In this document: in pieces, positions 1 to 12,434 of the stretch
How positions within the stretch are numbered: position 1 is the first letter of the stretch
Layout of the letters: every line of letters starts with the position of its first letter
Assembly (NCBI GenBank): GCA_965603825.1
Contig: CBFDEM010000028.1
Location: 62,001-126,000, forward strand
Source: Blepharisma stoltei ATCC 30299
Lineage: Eukaryota > Protista > Ciliophora
DNA: 64,000 nt
Direction: 5' to 3'
Translations under genes and position numbers: made by a program
Notes under the pieces: generated by a model
Databases searched by the model: none
What the model was told of the DNA's origin: nothing
What the model saw: the letters and a program-made list of their open reading frames with translations, nothing else

Positions 1-1554
1 ACCCACCAGTATTTCTTTCAGTCCGGATTTTCAGATCTAAAATCAACCCTTAATCAAAAAAACGCGATTTTATTTTTAGATTCCCATAATCTTGACTCCA
101 CAATATTAGACGAATGCAGCATAAATTTGAATTTAAACTTATTATCAGAATCTTTAGGAAACATAAAAGCTATTTTGCAGATTCTTGAAACCACTGATCA
201 AAATTTGAAGCAAAATTATTACAATGCTATGAAAAATGTAAATTTTAATTAGAACTTAAAATCTGCGAATTTTTTTGAAAGAAGTTTAATGGCTATTTCT
301 GTTCCTGATAGCTTGATGGAGAGAACAGTCCCAGGCCAAATAAGAAAGCCGGAATATTTTTTAGGATTTATTAAAAGGGTTGCAGTCCACCTAAGAAAGC
401 TTTTAAGATCAAAAGAACCAAAAATATACTCAGGATCTCGAATGCTCTACGACTTAAAAGTTAACGCTCTAATCGAGCCTGACTGCTTGAAATTCGCGAT
501 TTTTTCCCTCCATGCTCTCTTTACCCTATTTTCTGACATTTTGCCTAAAGAATACTACCCTCTTCAGCTGCTCTGCAGATTTTGCACAATTTTAGCAAAC
601 AGCTCAGAAGGTTTTATAATAGTTTTTGAGCCCCACCCAGAGTCTCAAAACATTTACTCTCCTGTTTTACAATTAACTTGCCTTGACGCTACATTTTGCT
701 TATCTCCTATATTAAGCTCCTTTTCCTCATCTTTATTTGTAACAGCAACCTGCACCCCGCCTGAAATTTTTTCAAAATTATTAGGCCTTTCCCCAAGTTT
801 TAAGACAGAATTAAGCTGTTCTTCAATATATTGCCCACTAATGCTGACGAAAGGATCTGATCAATTGGCAGTTTCAGCTAAAGAAGAAAAAAGTGATGAA
901 GGGGTAATTAGGAATTATGGGGATTTATTATTGGAGCTGGCTGATACCATTCCTGACGGAATCATTTGTTTTGTGACTGGATATAAGTATTTAGAGGACA
1001 TTGTGCTAAAATGGAACGAAACTGGCTTACTTTATAGGCTGTTGGACCACAAATTGGTATTTTTTGAAAGCCGTGATGTGAGGGAAACACAAATAGCTTT
1101 ATATAATTTCAAGCTTGCATGCTCTTCTGGAAGAGGGGCTGTTTTATTTTGTGTAACAAATGGATATGCAGTTGATGCTGTGAGTATTTTTTCAGCATGG
1201 TGCAAATGTGTGGTTATTTTTGGAGTCCCTTATCAAGATGTGCTGAGTCGGGTACTAAAAGCAAGACTTACATATATAAAAGAAAAATATTCAATTGAAG
1301 AAAGTGAAATGCTTAATTTTGACTCAATGAGACAAACAGTTTATTGTATGAGCCAAGCATTAAGACCAAATAATAATTATGCTTTACAAATTTTCGCAGA
1401 TAAAAGATATGTTTATAGCCAAAAGAAAGATAAGCTTCCCAAATGGATCCAAGAGAAATTAAAGCCGAATTTTTCAAGTTTGTCAACAGACGCACTTATT
1501 AATATTTCAAGGCAATTTCTTAGGACTGCAGCTAATAAAATTAATTTAAGGTAA
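1..1554 (+). CDS. XPD/Rad3-family helicase-like protein, 5' truncated by window edge, catalytic motifs degenerate; intron 238-252
   Basis: Frame open from base 1 and joined to the 421-aa ORF by the 15-nt intron gtaaattttaattag. XPD-like segments: VPGQIRKPEYF, PVLQLTCLDA, VIRNYGDLLLELADTIPDGIICF, SGRGAVLF, VVIFGVPY, FADKRY, KLPKWI. Confidence 0.85.
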
Positions 1555-1601
1555 ATCTCATAATCCAAAAAATTCACAACTTGGGGGCCTGCTATAATTA
1601 A

Positions 1602-2360
1602 ATGAAAGAAGCTGCTCTCTGCGCAATTATTAAAGGCTTTGAACACTCCAAGAAGCTCCATGGTATTGATGAGCAAAAAATCAGATCCTTAATCCAAGGT
1701 CTTGATTTCGACCAAGAACCTTTTTTTATCAAAATCCGAGAGCTTATCTCCAACGTCGTCTGCAAATTAGGCCCACAAAAAGCCTGTGAGACCTTTCACT
1801 TGCCTTCTTCTATGTCAGAATATTTCACAAGCTCATCAAGCCCTTCAGAAAACGCTTCAGAGTCAGACCTTACAAAAGAAAAAAAGAAAATCGCTATCAA
1901 AATGAGCATGAGTGGGAAGAACACTGCAGAAATTGCATTAAAATTAGGTGTCAGAGAGACAATGATTCAGCAATGGATTAAAGCAGTTAAAAAACATATA
2001 GGGACGAAAAAGAGAAAAATCAATGAAAATGAAGAAGTTAGAGGAGAAATGGACAGTGAAGGGAGCGAAATGCCGTCAGATGAAGGGTCAAGCGATATGG
2101 ATTCTTTTGAGGATTCAGATGAAGAAAAACCGAAGAAAGGGAAAAATGCCAAGAAAAAGATAGAGAAAATGCCTGCAAAGAAAAAAGAAGAGAAAAAGGA
2201 AGAGAAAAAAGTTGAGAAAAAGCCTGATAAAATAGAGAAAAAAGCTGAGGAGAAAAAGAATAATGATCTGAAAGCAGCAGCACTTAATAGCCAGCTAAAA
2301 AATGCGGTGGCGAATTTGGATCCGTTTGATGATTTGTATCTTGAAGCTGCACTTACTTAA
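1602..2360 (+). CDS. Helix-turn-helix protein with acidic and Lys/Glu-rich tail
   Basis: 252-aa ORF, ATG to TAA. HTH pattern KKKIAIKMSMSGKNTAEIALKLGVRETMIQQWIK followed by an NLS-like KKRK, a D/E/S-rich tract and a KKEE-rich tract. Confidence 0.75.
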   Translation: MKEAALCAIIKGFEHSKKLHGIDEQKIRSLIQGLDFDQEPFFIKIRELISNVVCKLGPQKACETFHLPSSMSEYFTSSSSPSENASESDLTKEKKKIAIKMSMSGKNTAEIALKLGVRETMIQQWIKAVKKHIGTKKRKINENEEVRGEMDSEGSEMPSDEGSSDMDSFEDSDEEKPKKGKNAKKKIEKMPAKKKEEKKEEKKVEKKPDKIEKKAEEKKNNDLKAAALNSQLKNAVANLDPFDDLYLEAALT

Positions 2361-2713
2361 ATAATTTTTAAATAAATTTTAAATATTTATGCCCTTTCAG
2401 CTTCATTAAGATTTTTCTGGGTTTTTATAGCTGATATCCCATTTATTTACAGGCTAATACATTTTGACTATAGAAAAACAAAATTCAGATAATTTTAGCT
2501 TTGAAATTATAAAATAGGAACTACAAACTATAGGCAAAAAGCAAGGTTGAGATAATTAAAATATAAAATCCCCTAATATATGAAAACATTGTGATTTAAA
2601 TCTATTGCTCGTACATACTGCATGGTCTATCTCTCCAGCTTATTTGAAGCCTTCTTAGATACTAATAATCTATTAAAAATTGGCTAACTTTTAATCTTCC
2701 TGATCTTTTTGCT

Positions 2714-2950
2714 TTATTTATAGTATTCTTGATATCATAAGGCTAGTTCAATTTTATGCTCTTGAAAAACGGCTCTTCCAAATTGTTGAGTATATCGATG
2801 GCCATCTTTAGGTCATTTTAGCACAAATCATAATAGCGGTTCAGCAGGAGCAAACATTGTTAATTTTTTAATAGGCCAATACATGCAGACACTTGTTTTG
2901 CATTTTCGTGATCTCAATAAGAAGCATATATGCAAATAAGAGTAATTCAT
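2714..2950 (-). CDS. Possible 78-aa ORF or decayed coding remnant, open only if TGA=Trp
   Basis: ATG at 2950 to TAA at 2714 with three in-frame TGA: MNYSYLHICFLLRSRKCKTSVCMYWPIKKL...ELALWYQEYYK. No recognisable motif. Confidence 0.25.
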
Positions 2951-3094
2951 TATATAATAATAGCATGATTTTATTATTCTCATAACTGGAGAAGGACTTA
3001 ATTGAGAATCCCAAAATCTCTATTAAGGTTCGCAAAATATTGCATAAAAATAATTTTCATATCTAAAATCTTTAGTAAATTAGTCACATAAGCT

Positions 3095-4306
3095 ATGGGT
3101 ATTTGTATGCAGAAACCAAAAAAGGAATCCTCAACCAAAAAAGAGCAATCCCCTATGGCCACTTATGAAACCAAAGAAAAAGAGCCAGCACAGCTCCAAA
3201 GACCTATAAGGAAGCAGCATGTACGGTTGTCAGTAGTGCCATCCAAAACTCCTTTGGCAAACATCGACTCAGACTTATTAACATCAGTGAAAGAAGCCAT
3301 TACAAAATCAGAGAAGTCGCATGGTGTCCCAGAAGATGGGCAAAACGAATCAAAAAATTCCAGAATTTTAGTAGCTGGCGCACCACATGAAGGTCGGCAA
3401 AACGGATTTGAAGATAAGAGGATCCGGTTTGAAGGTGAAAATTCAAATATGAGCTATGTCAGCTCCATAGGGGTTGGGATTGCTTGTAAAAAAGGCCTCA
3501 AAGAAGATCCTCACAACCAAGATGATTTCACTGTGCTTGTTGACAAGGCGTTTCAATTTTTCGGAGTTTTTGACGGTCATGGGGCTTATGGGCACGAAAT
3601 TTCGAATTTTATTCATTTGCTGCTACCAAAATTAATTATAAAACATGAACAATTTGAAGAAAACATCCATGAAGCCATTATTCAGTCCTTTCTCAGAGCC
3701 AATAGTTCTTTAGTAGAGCACTGCGACAAGCCAGAGTCTACCTACGACTGTATGATGTCAGGCACTACTGCTACCACTGTCCTGATTAGAAATGGCCACA
3801 TCTTCATTGGCCACGTTGGCGATTCCAGAGCTGTTTTATGCTTAAAAAATGGAGAAAACATTGAAGCGAAGCGTTTAACTACTGACCACAAGCCGACCTT
3901 AGCCGGCGAGTTGCAAAGAATTCAGGCCTGCAATGGAGAAGTCAAGCAGCTGCCTGACGACGTTCCTCATAGGATCTTTATGAAGGGAAAAGACTACCCA
4001 GGGCTTTCTACAAGCAGAGCATTAGGCGATGCCATTGCACAGATGGTGGGGGTTTCTCCACTTCCGCAATATGAAGATGTACCAATTCAAGATAATTTTG
4101 AGTATATTATTATGTGTAGCGACGGGGTCTGGGAGTTTGTAAAAGACCAAGAAGCCGCTGATACAATTGCGAAATCAGGGAAAAATGTGAGACAAGGAGC
4201 TCAGAATCTAGCATCTTTGGCTTGGCAAAGATGGATCACTAATGAAGAAGATGTAGTGGATGACATCACGGTGCTTGCAATTCACTTGCCAAGTTTATTG
4301 AAATAA
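3095..4306 (+). CDS. Protein phosphatase 2C with predicted N-terminal acylation
   Basis: Motifs NQDD, FGVFDGHG, SGTTA, HVGDSRAV, DHKP, SRALGD, CSDGVWE, DDIT. N-terminus MGIC fits myristoylation/palmitoylation. Confidence 0.95.
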   Translation: MGICMQKPKKESSTKKEQSPMATYETKEKEPAQLQRPIRKQHVRLSVVPSKTPLANIDSDLLTSVKEAITKSEKSHGVPEDGQNESKNSRILVAGAPHEGRQNGFEDKRIRFEGENSNMSYVSSIGVGIACKKGLKEDPHNQDDFTVLVDKAFQFFGVFDGHGAYGHEISNFIHLLLPKLIIKHEQFEENIHEAIIQSFLRANSSLVEHCDKPESTYDCMMSGTTATTVLIRNGHIFIGHVGDSRAVLCLKNGENIEAKRLTTDHKPTLAGELQRIQACNGEVKQLPDDVPHRIFMKGKDYPGLSTSRALGDAIAQMVGVSPLPQYEDVPIQDNFEYIIMCSDGVWEFVKDQEAADTIAKSGKNVRQGAQNLASLAWQRWITNEEDVVDDITVLAIHLPSLLK

Positions 4307-4408
4307 GGATTTTTATAAATAAGACTCGGTAAATCTGTTCTCTTTTGGTTCTATTTCAATAGGCAAAAAAATATTTTCTATGAGATTTTTATTTATTTTT
4401 ATTCATAA

Positions 4409-5683
<1,275 letters not shown>

Positions 5684-5685
5684 TA

Positions 5686-5762
5686 ACACATTAAAATAAA
5701 TATAAAGTTTCCTGAATTATCTCGACACATTAAAATGAATATAAAGTTTCCTAAATTGTCTC
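5686..5762 (+). repeat. Tandem duplication, period 39 bp, covering the start of the downstream gene
   Basis: acacattaaaataaatataaagtttcctgaattatctc (5686-5723) versus acacattaaaatgaatataaagtttcctaaattgtctc (5725-5762): 35/38 identical. Confidence 0.95.
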
Positions 5763-7912
5763 TTGGGAACATATCTCCAATACGAAAAGATGAAAAACTG
5801 AACACAATGAGGAATTTTCCAGTAGAGTCTGTGCTTGCTTCTAAATTTTTTTTAGAGAGCACAAAACAAACTTCTTCTCTTGACATGTCAGTTGTTTTGC
5901 CAAGCAAAACAAAAGAGCAGAAATTGCATTTAAAAGAATTTTTTAGATTAGAAAACGAATTAGATATTAAAGAAATTGAGCTAAGCAAAGAAAAAAATAC
6001 AGAAAAAGAAATCAGTACTTATAAATCCTACCTAGAAGGAATCTCATTTTGTTTGAGATTTCGCGACAAAGAATTAGCTAAAGGAATTATAAGAGGTCTT
6101 CGAGGATTTTTGAAAATTATTGCAGAATTATTAAATAAGCCAACAATAATTGCTGATAAAAAGAAACCAAAAACAAAAGAAATATTTAGTCAGACAGATG
6201 AGCAAGCTATCCCAGATGACATTGAAAATTATAATCAAGAAATTCAGTTTCTTAAGAGCTTAGAAACAAAACTCCATACTATAAAATCCTCAAAAGTAGC
6301 CAATAGGCTCTTTGAAGCGTATGATTCTTTAATAAAAATGCACACAACGCTGCCATCTCCTATAAATACACCTGAGGTTCTTGACATTGATGAAGTCACG
6401 GATAAGCTGCAAGAGAAAATAGTGGAAATAAAAGAAGGGCTAATAGCACATGTATCAAAAATGCAGTCTAAAGCAACTAAAATTGATATAGAAACACAAA
6501 CTGAGGTAATAAGAAACATAAACCGTAACTATACAAAAAATGAAGAAAATGAGGAAGATTTGTATTATGAGCTACAAAAGAAATATGAAAAAGTTTATAA
6601 TGAAAAAAGAAAGCTTGAAGAGCTCCTAAAAGGGAGAAAAAATGTTAGTGATAATATTGAAGACCATCTAACACACGTTGAGTTAGAGCTTTTTCATTAT
6701 AAAAAACAAGCTTCTGGGTATGAAGATACAATTAAAAATTTAAAAGCAAGGAATATGGCTATGAAAGATAAAATAGAAAATTTAGAAATCAATATAAACC
6801 TATTAAAAGATGAAGTTAAAGCAGCAAATGCAAAAACTGACTCAAAAAAATCGAAAATCCAAGAATTGTCAGAGGAAGTTTATAAATTAACTTTAAACTG
6901 AAAATTAAATGAAAAAAGATTGAAGGAGCTTTCAGAAGCGTGGCACAAAAAAATCGGAAAAGCATATGAGCATGAAGAAATAGACGAAAATGAGCTTTTG
7001 AGAGATATTGATTTGCCTAAAAAGAAAGAAAAAGTTCAAGAAGAAAAAATAATCAAAAATACAGAAGCTGTTAGTGATAGAAAAATAAACAGAACACATG
7101 GAAATAGACCTACTGATACAAAAAAACAAAATACTAAGGTAGAAAACCTAAAGCAAGCCATTGCCACAGAGGCTTGCAGCCAAAATCAAGCAATATTGCC
7201 AGGAAAACAAAAGGCAAATAATAAAAAGATACAAAAACTTCCGTCAGAAAGTATAAGCCCTGATCCTCCAAAAAAGTCAAAATCTCCCAAAATTCCAAAT
7301 AATAAACCTCCAAAATCCCAGTCACCAAAACTTTTAAGGGATTCTCAAATCCAAACCTCAAAAGTCAAACTTAACAATTCAAGCATTGAAATTCGAGCAG
7401 AAAGCCCAGAAGATAAAAAATGAAAAATTTTAAAGCAAAAGCAGGAAGAAAAAATTCAAAAAACCTTCAAAGATGACACTCAACGAGAGTTATTTGAAGA
7501 ATACAAAGCAATTCTTGAGAGAAAAACTTACAAAAAGCCTATTAAAAGTCCTAAAGTTCTCAATAAAAGCCAAGAAGATAGCTATACAGATTTAAATTCT
7601 GACGCAAATTTATCCTATATAAGCAATTCGTCTGAAAATGTGTCTCAAAAAACTATTGAGAATTATGAAGAAAATTACGAAAAAATAAAAAAAGACCCAG
7701 AATTTATATCAGCGATAGGCAAAGTATTTGATAATGAAGAAGAAGTTGATATTCTTCCTTTGCAGGTAAGAGTTAGCATAATGAAAGCGTTAAAAGGCCA
7801 CGAGAGAAAAAAATGTGGCAATAAATGTGATCATTTAAGGAGAGCAATGATGATTAAATACAAAGAAAAAGGAATTCCATATCCTATTAAAAAAGTGTCT
7901 GCAGCAGATTAG
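5735..7912 (+). CDS. Coiled-coil protein, 725 aa, with C-terminal H-x4-CG-x2-C-x-H motif
   Basis: Three same-frame track ORFs joined through TGA 6899-6901 and 7421-7423; ends TAG. K/E heptad-rich middle region; HERKKCGNKCDHL near the end. Confidence 0.85.
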
Positions 7913-8680
7913 TATATCCATTAAGTAAATTTAATAAGCCAAAATTTAATTATAAAGCTATTTTCTACTCTTTGAATCCTCAACAATTTTAGGAAAAATA
8001 TGCAGTTATTTTAGTGTGGTTATATATCTATTTGAAACGGTAGAAGTTCAGGCTGATAGATTTCAATTAAGCTATGCCTTTAGCGGATATAATTTTTAAT
8101 TATATAAAAGATTCGAAAATAATAAATATCTGCTATAGATAAATGCTATCTAAAGTATATCCACTTTTAAAAAGCATCTTGTTTAGTTTCGGGGGTTATT
8201 TTATTCTAAGTCTCAGTTCCAGCTAATTTAATTTTAATTTCCTACGTTAATAATAAGCTTAACAATCAATCTAACTTCTTTTTCAGACTCAGTTTCTGAA
8301 TTTATTATACCTAATATAATAGTTATTCTTATATCTTAAATTTAAGCTTAAGAAGAAGCCGATTCAAGTTATGCAATTTTATTTTATATTAATATTAAAT
8401 TAGCCATTGAATTAAATTGTTTCACAAAATTAAGTATTTTTTAATAAAATATATGATTATAAATTTTTTCCTTGCTTTTATATCTACAATCCTTTTTAAA
8501 CATTTTGTCTTCGTCGTGCACAAAAATATCGAGTTCTCTTAAGAACTTTATTTTTGATGAAACTTGTTGAAATCTATTTAAAAGAGTTGAAAAGTCAAAT
8601 ATTTCAGCTAAAAATTATCGCTTGAATGTTTTTAAAATATTTTAAAAAATTTAATAATACTTATAAACTAATATATCCTA

Positions 8681-10084
8681 TTACTCAGGCCTCTTTTCAT
8701 TAACAATATCAACTGACCTGATTCCAGTAAAATTATCAACAGTATTGTGTAATGCACTTTGCCCAGCCATTATCACATCCTTTGGAATTTTATTGTCTGG
8801 GCACATCCCTTTCAGTTTTATAATAGTTTCATGTTCTTCTCTCACTGTTTTGAGTATTTTTAGCATTCGTGAAACACTCTTGACTTTATTCACTAATTGA
8901 GTTTTTCTATTTTCTCTAACGCTTTCCTCTAGTTCTTTTAATCTTGACTCAAAATATTCATTATCAATATCATCATTCGGCTTTATTTTAATCACAGTCA
9001 TCAGCATTTCCATCACCTTTTCTATCACAAAAGGAATGCTTCATTCAAAAACATCCATAAAATTCGGCAATAAATACGGATGCTGGGTATAATTATATTG
9101 CTGTATATTCAACGTATTATTGTCAAATTTTATTATAGCTGCTTTATTTCCATATAAATCACAATAATTTGGAGCTGAAAATATAGTAATTACTGAAGGA
9201 AATTCACTTGTACCATTTCACCGGTGCATTTTATAGCCATCTAGCTGGACTTCGTGAGCTCTTATAAGGGAAATCATCTCATTGTCCTTTAGGAATTTAT
9301 TTGTTACTTCTTGTCCAAAAAAATAGCTGCACCCTCTCACATCATTGTTTCGAAACCCTTCAATTAGTCTTCCTTCTGGATGATCAATGGGATCTGACCA
9401 TAAAAGATCACAGAATGCACCATGCCTTGGTGTTTCAATAAATCTATTTATTCGGGTTATGTCATCAATACTTCTCAATTCTGGAGATAAGCCACCGTGC
9501 ACATTCAAAAATTTTTTATTTACAATACACGCCAAAGGTAAGCAGTCCATGCTATCCATAATTCAATCATAAACTTCTGCATCATACTTATATAAGCATT
9601 CCTGTCTAAAATTAAAAAATGAAGTCATCTGTCGGCATTCATGGTTTCCTCTAATTAAGAATAGGGTATTCGGAAAATTAATTTTCAGAGAAAATAGGTA
9701 TATTATTACTTCCAATGAAAATGAACCTCTGTCAACATAGTCACCTAAAAATAAATATTTTGTTGTCTCAGGGTTTCCTCCTATAGAAAACATTTTAAGT
9801 AAATCAAAGTATTGCCCATGAATATCGCCTACAATAGTTACTGGATCTTGCAGAGCTAGCAAGTTTGGTTCATCTTTTAATATATTTATTGCCAGCTCAA
9901 CAATTTTAAGAACATCAGCTTTATAAAGGCAGCCTTCCCTTTGATAATGCTCTCTTAATACTTTTCATGAAGGCTTTCCATTATTATTCTGAGGAAACAA
10001 CAATTCTGTTGATAAAGGCCGATGAGGTGGCGGCTTTATTTCTTTGATTGCCCTGTTGTTTAGTGGATCACTTAAAGCTTCCAT
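8681..10084 (-). CDS. CNA1: Calcineurin A (PP2B catalytic subunit), 467 aa
   Basis: Single frame with TGA at 9965, 9563, 9218 and 9041. Motifs [44 protein letters not shown](W)SIPFV, a calmodulin-binding helix [13 protein letters not shown] and an autoinhibitory-like DIVNEKRP. Confidence 0.97.
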
Positions 10085-10776
10085 TTTTCTTTAGTGAATA
10101 TACGTAAATTACTGGGTTAGGAAACTATTTATTTTAATTTTTTGTCAGATGGGAAAATTCAATAAAAAACAAAAAATAATGTTATAATGTAAGCAGAAGT
10201 ATTTCTGAATTAAAAACAATTGTAATTTTTAAAATTGTAATTTAGAAAAAAAATAGAGCAAAGATGTTTTATTTATATTTGGTCTAGTTTTTGATTATCT
10301 TTAAGGCTTGTAATTAATATCATTGCTGAGATGAAGATATTTTAATTCGCAAAGGGTTTATAAGTAAATATTTGTACTGCCAGAATTTTTAAAAAATATT
10401 TGTGTTATTAAGAAATGAAAAATATTATAAACAATCCTTATTTATTCAAAATTACGAATTATAAAAAATATTATAAAGGAAAACAAAACTTAATGGATCA
10501 AGGATTTCTTTGCTCTTCTCGCAGAGCCAAAAATAATCTCAAAATTCAAAAATTCAAGTTCTTGATAACGATTTTATTTTCATTTTAATTCAAATTCTTT
10601 TCAGCCATGACTTATAATGGTATTATCTTATCAATCAATAGCATGCAACTTTTTATTTTTTGCTAAAAAAGAACAATTTTATAAGAGCTAACTTATTTAA
10701 TTTTTGATCATATTTTTACCACAATTAATGCATTGATCATCCATTCCAAAAAGTTTTAATAATTTTATCTAAGAAG

Positions 10777-12369
10777 ATGGGAGCCTGTATGAAAAAACAG
10801 AATAAAAACGTGAGAGTTTCTCAAGACATCCCAACAATTGAAAGCCCCTGGCGAAGAAGAAGCGCATCTCTAAATCCTTTGCGAGACGTATTTTTGCAAA
10901 AAAGTAAAAATTATTTAGACATTCACCTTGACTACGAGTTCATCAGAGTTCTTGGTCACGGAAAGTACGGCAACGTGAACTATGCGAAAAGCAAAGATCC
11001 TCTTATAAAGCAGGAATATGCAGTGAAAAGTCTTATTAAAGCTATGATAGAAGACAAAATGAACGTTATTCATAGAGAATTAGAGATTTTACTCTCAGTT
11101 GACCATCCCAATATTGTAAAATTTTTCTATGCCTATGAAGACCCAAAATTTATCCACATAGTCACTGAATATTGTTCAGGCGGCGACTTACTGTCAAAAC
11201 TATGCGAGGTTGGAACATTTTCTGAAACAGAAACTGCAATTATAATAAAAAACCTCCTTGGAGCACTTAACTATTTGCATAGCATGGGGATATGCCACCG
11301 AGATATAAAGCTTGATAATATTCTTCTGGCCTCAGAAGGATCACTTTCTGATATAAAGCTTATTGATTTTGATTTTGCTAAAAGAATTGACACTTCACTA
11401 TTGGACATGAATACTGTTGTTGGGACGCTGCATTTTATTGCCCCAGAAGTTTTTGACAGAATTTGTGGGACCCCAGCTGATATCTGAAGCTTAGGAATCG
11501 TCATGTACGTACTATTGGTAGGTAAACCACCCTTCAGAGCAGAAAGCGAAAGTGAGATTTTAGGGCAAATTAAAAGTCGGACTTTGGATTTAAATGATAA
11601 AGAATATCGGAGAATAAGCTCAGCTGGCAAAGATTTGCTATCTAAGCTGCTAGATTTTGATTATAACACAAGAATTACTGCAGAAAATGCATTAAAACAC
11701 CCATGGTTTATTAGCATCAACCAAAAGTCAAATTTTTATAATAACGAAAGAATATTAAAAAGACTTAAACAATATCAGGTTAAAGGGAGACTTAAAAAAG
11801 AAATAATGAAAATCATCGTAAAAGTCCTTGATACAGATGAAATCCAGCATTTAAAAGAAGTCTTTGAGCACTTGGACCTTGACCATAACGGTTATATCAC
11901 TTTAGAAGAGCTAAAGCAAGGCTTAAATGCTGTAGGAATCACAGACTCTTCAGAAATTGAACGCATTTTTGATGTCCTAAACGATACAGAAGCTAAAATA
12001 AATGGCGGAATTAGATACTCTGATTTTCTTGCAGCCACTCTAAATAGAAAAGCAGCACTTACAGAGTCCACTTTATGGGCTGCATTTAAATACTTTGATC
12101 ATGATAACTCAGGTAAAATCACTCCTAGTAACATATATTTGGCATTAAAAAGAACTGGAGTTGATATACCAGCTGAAGAAATGGAAAAAATGCTAAAAGA
12201 AGAAGGGATTTCGACTTCGCATAAAATTGATTTTGCTGATTTCAAGAAAATTGTGATGCGTAATTTTTATGTAGCTGCAGAAACTTTCATTAAGAAAAAA
12301 TCGCTTCAGTCTAAAAAAGGGGCAGGGCCAGCTATAGGGGATAATGGGGTTGGACTTAGCTATATGTAA
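10777..12369 (+). CDS. Calcium-dependent protein kinase (kinase plus EF-hands), 530 aa, DFD instead of DFG
   Basis: Fused through TGA 11485-11487 in ADI(W)SLG. Motifs GHGKYG, AVK, HRDIKLDN, APE; EF loops DLDHNGYITLEE and DHDNSGKIT. N-terminus MGAC. Confidence 0.95.
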
Positions 12370-12434
12370 ATATGTTTCAGAGGCAAAATCCTCTGTTAAA
12401 TTTAATTTTTTTATAAGTAATAAAAGAAAGTAAA

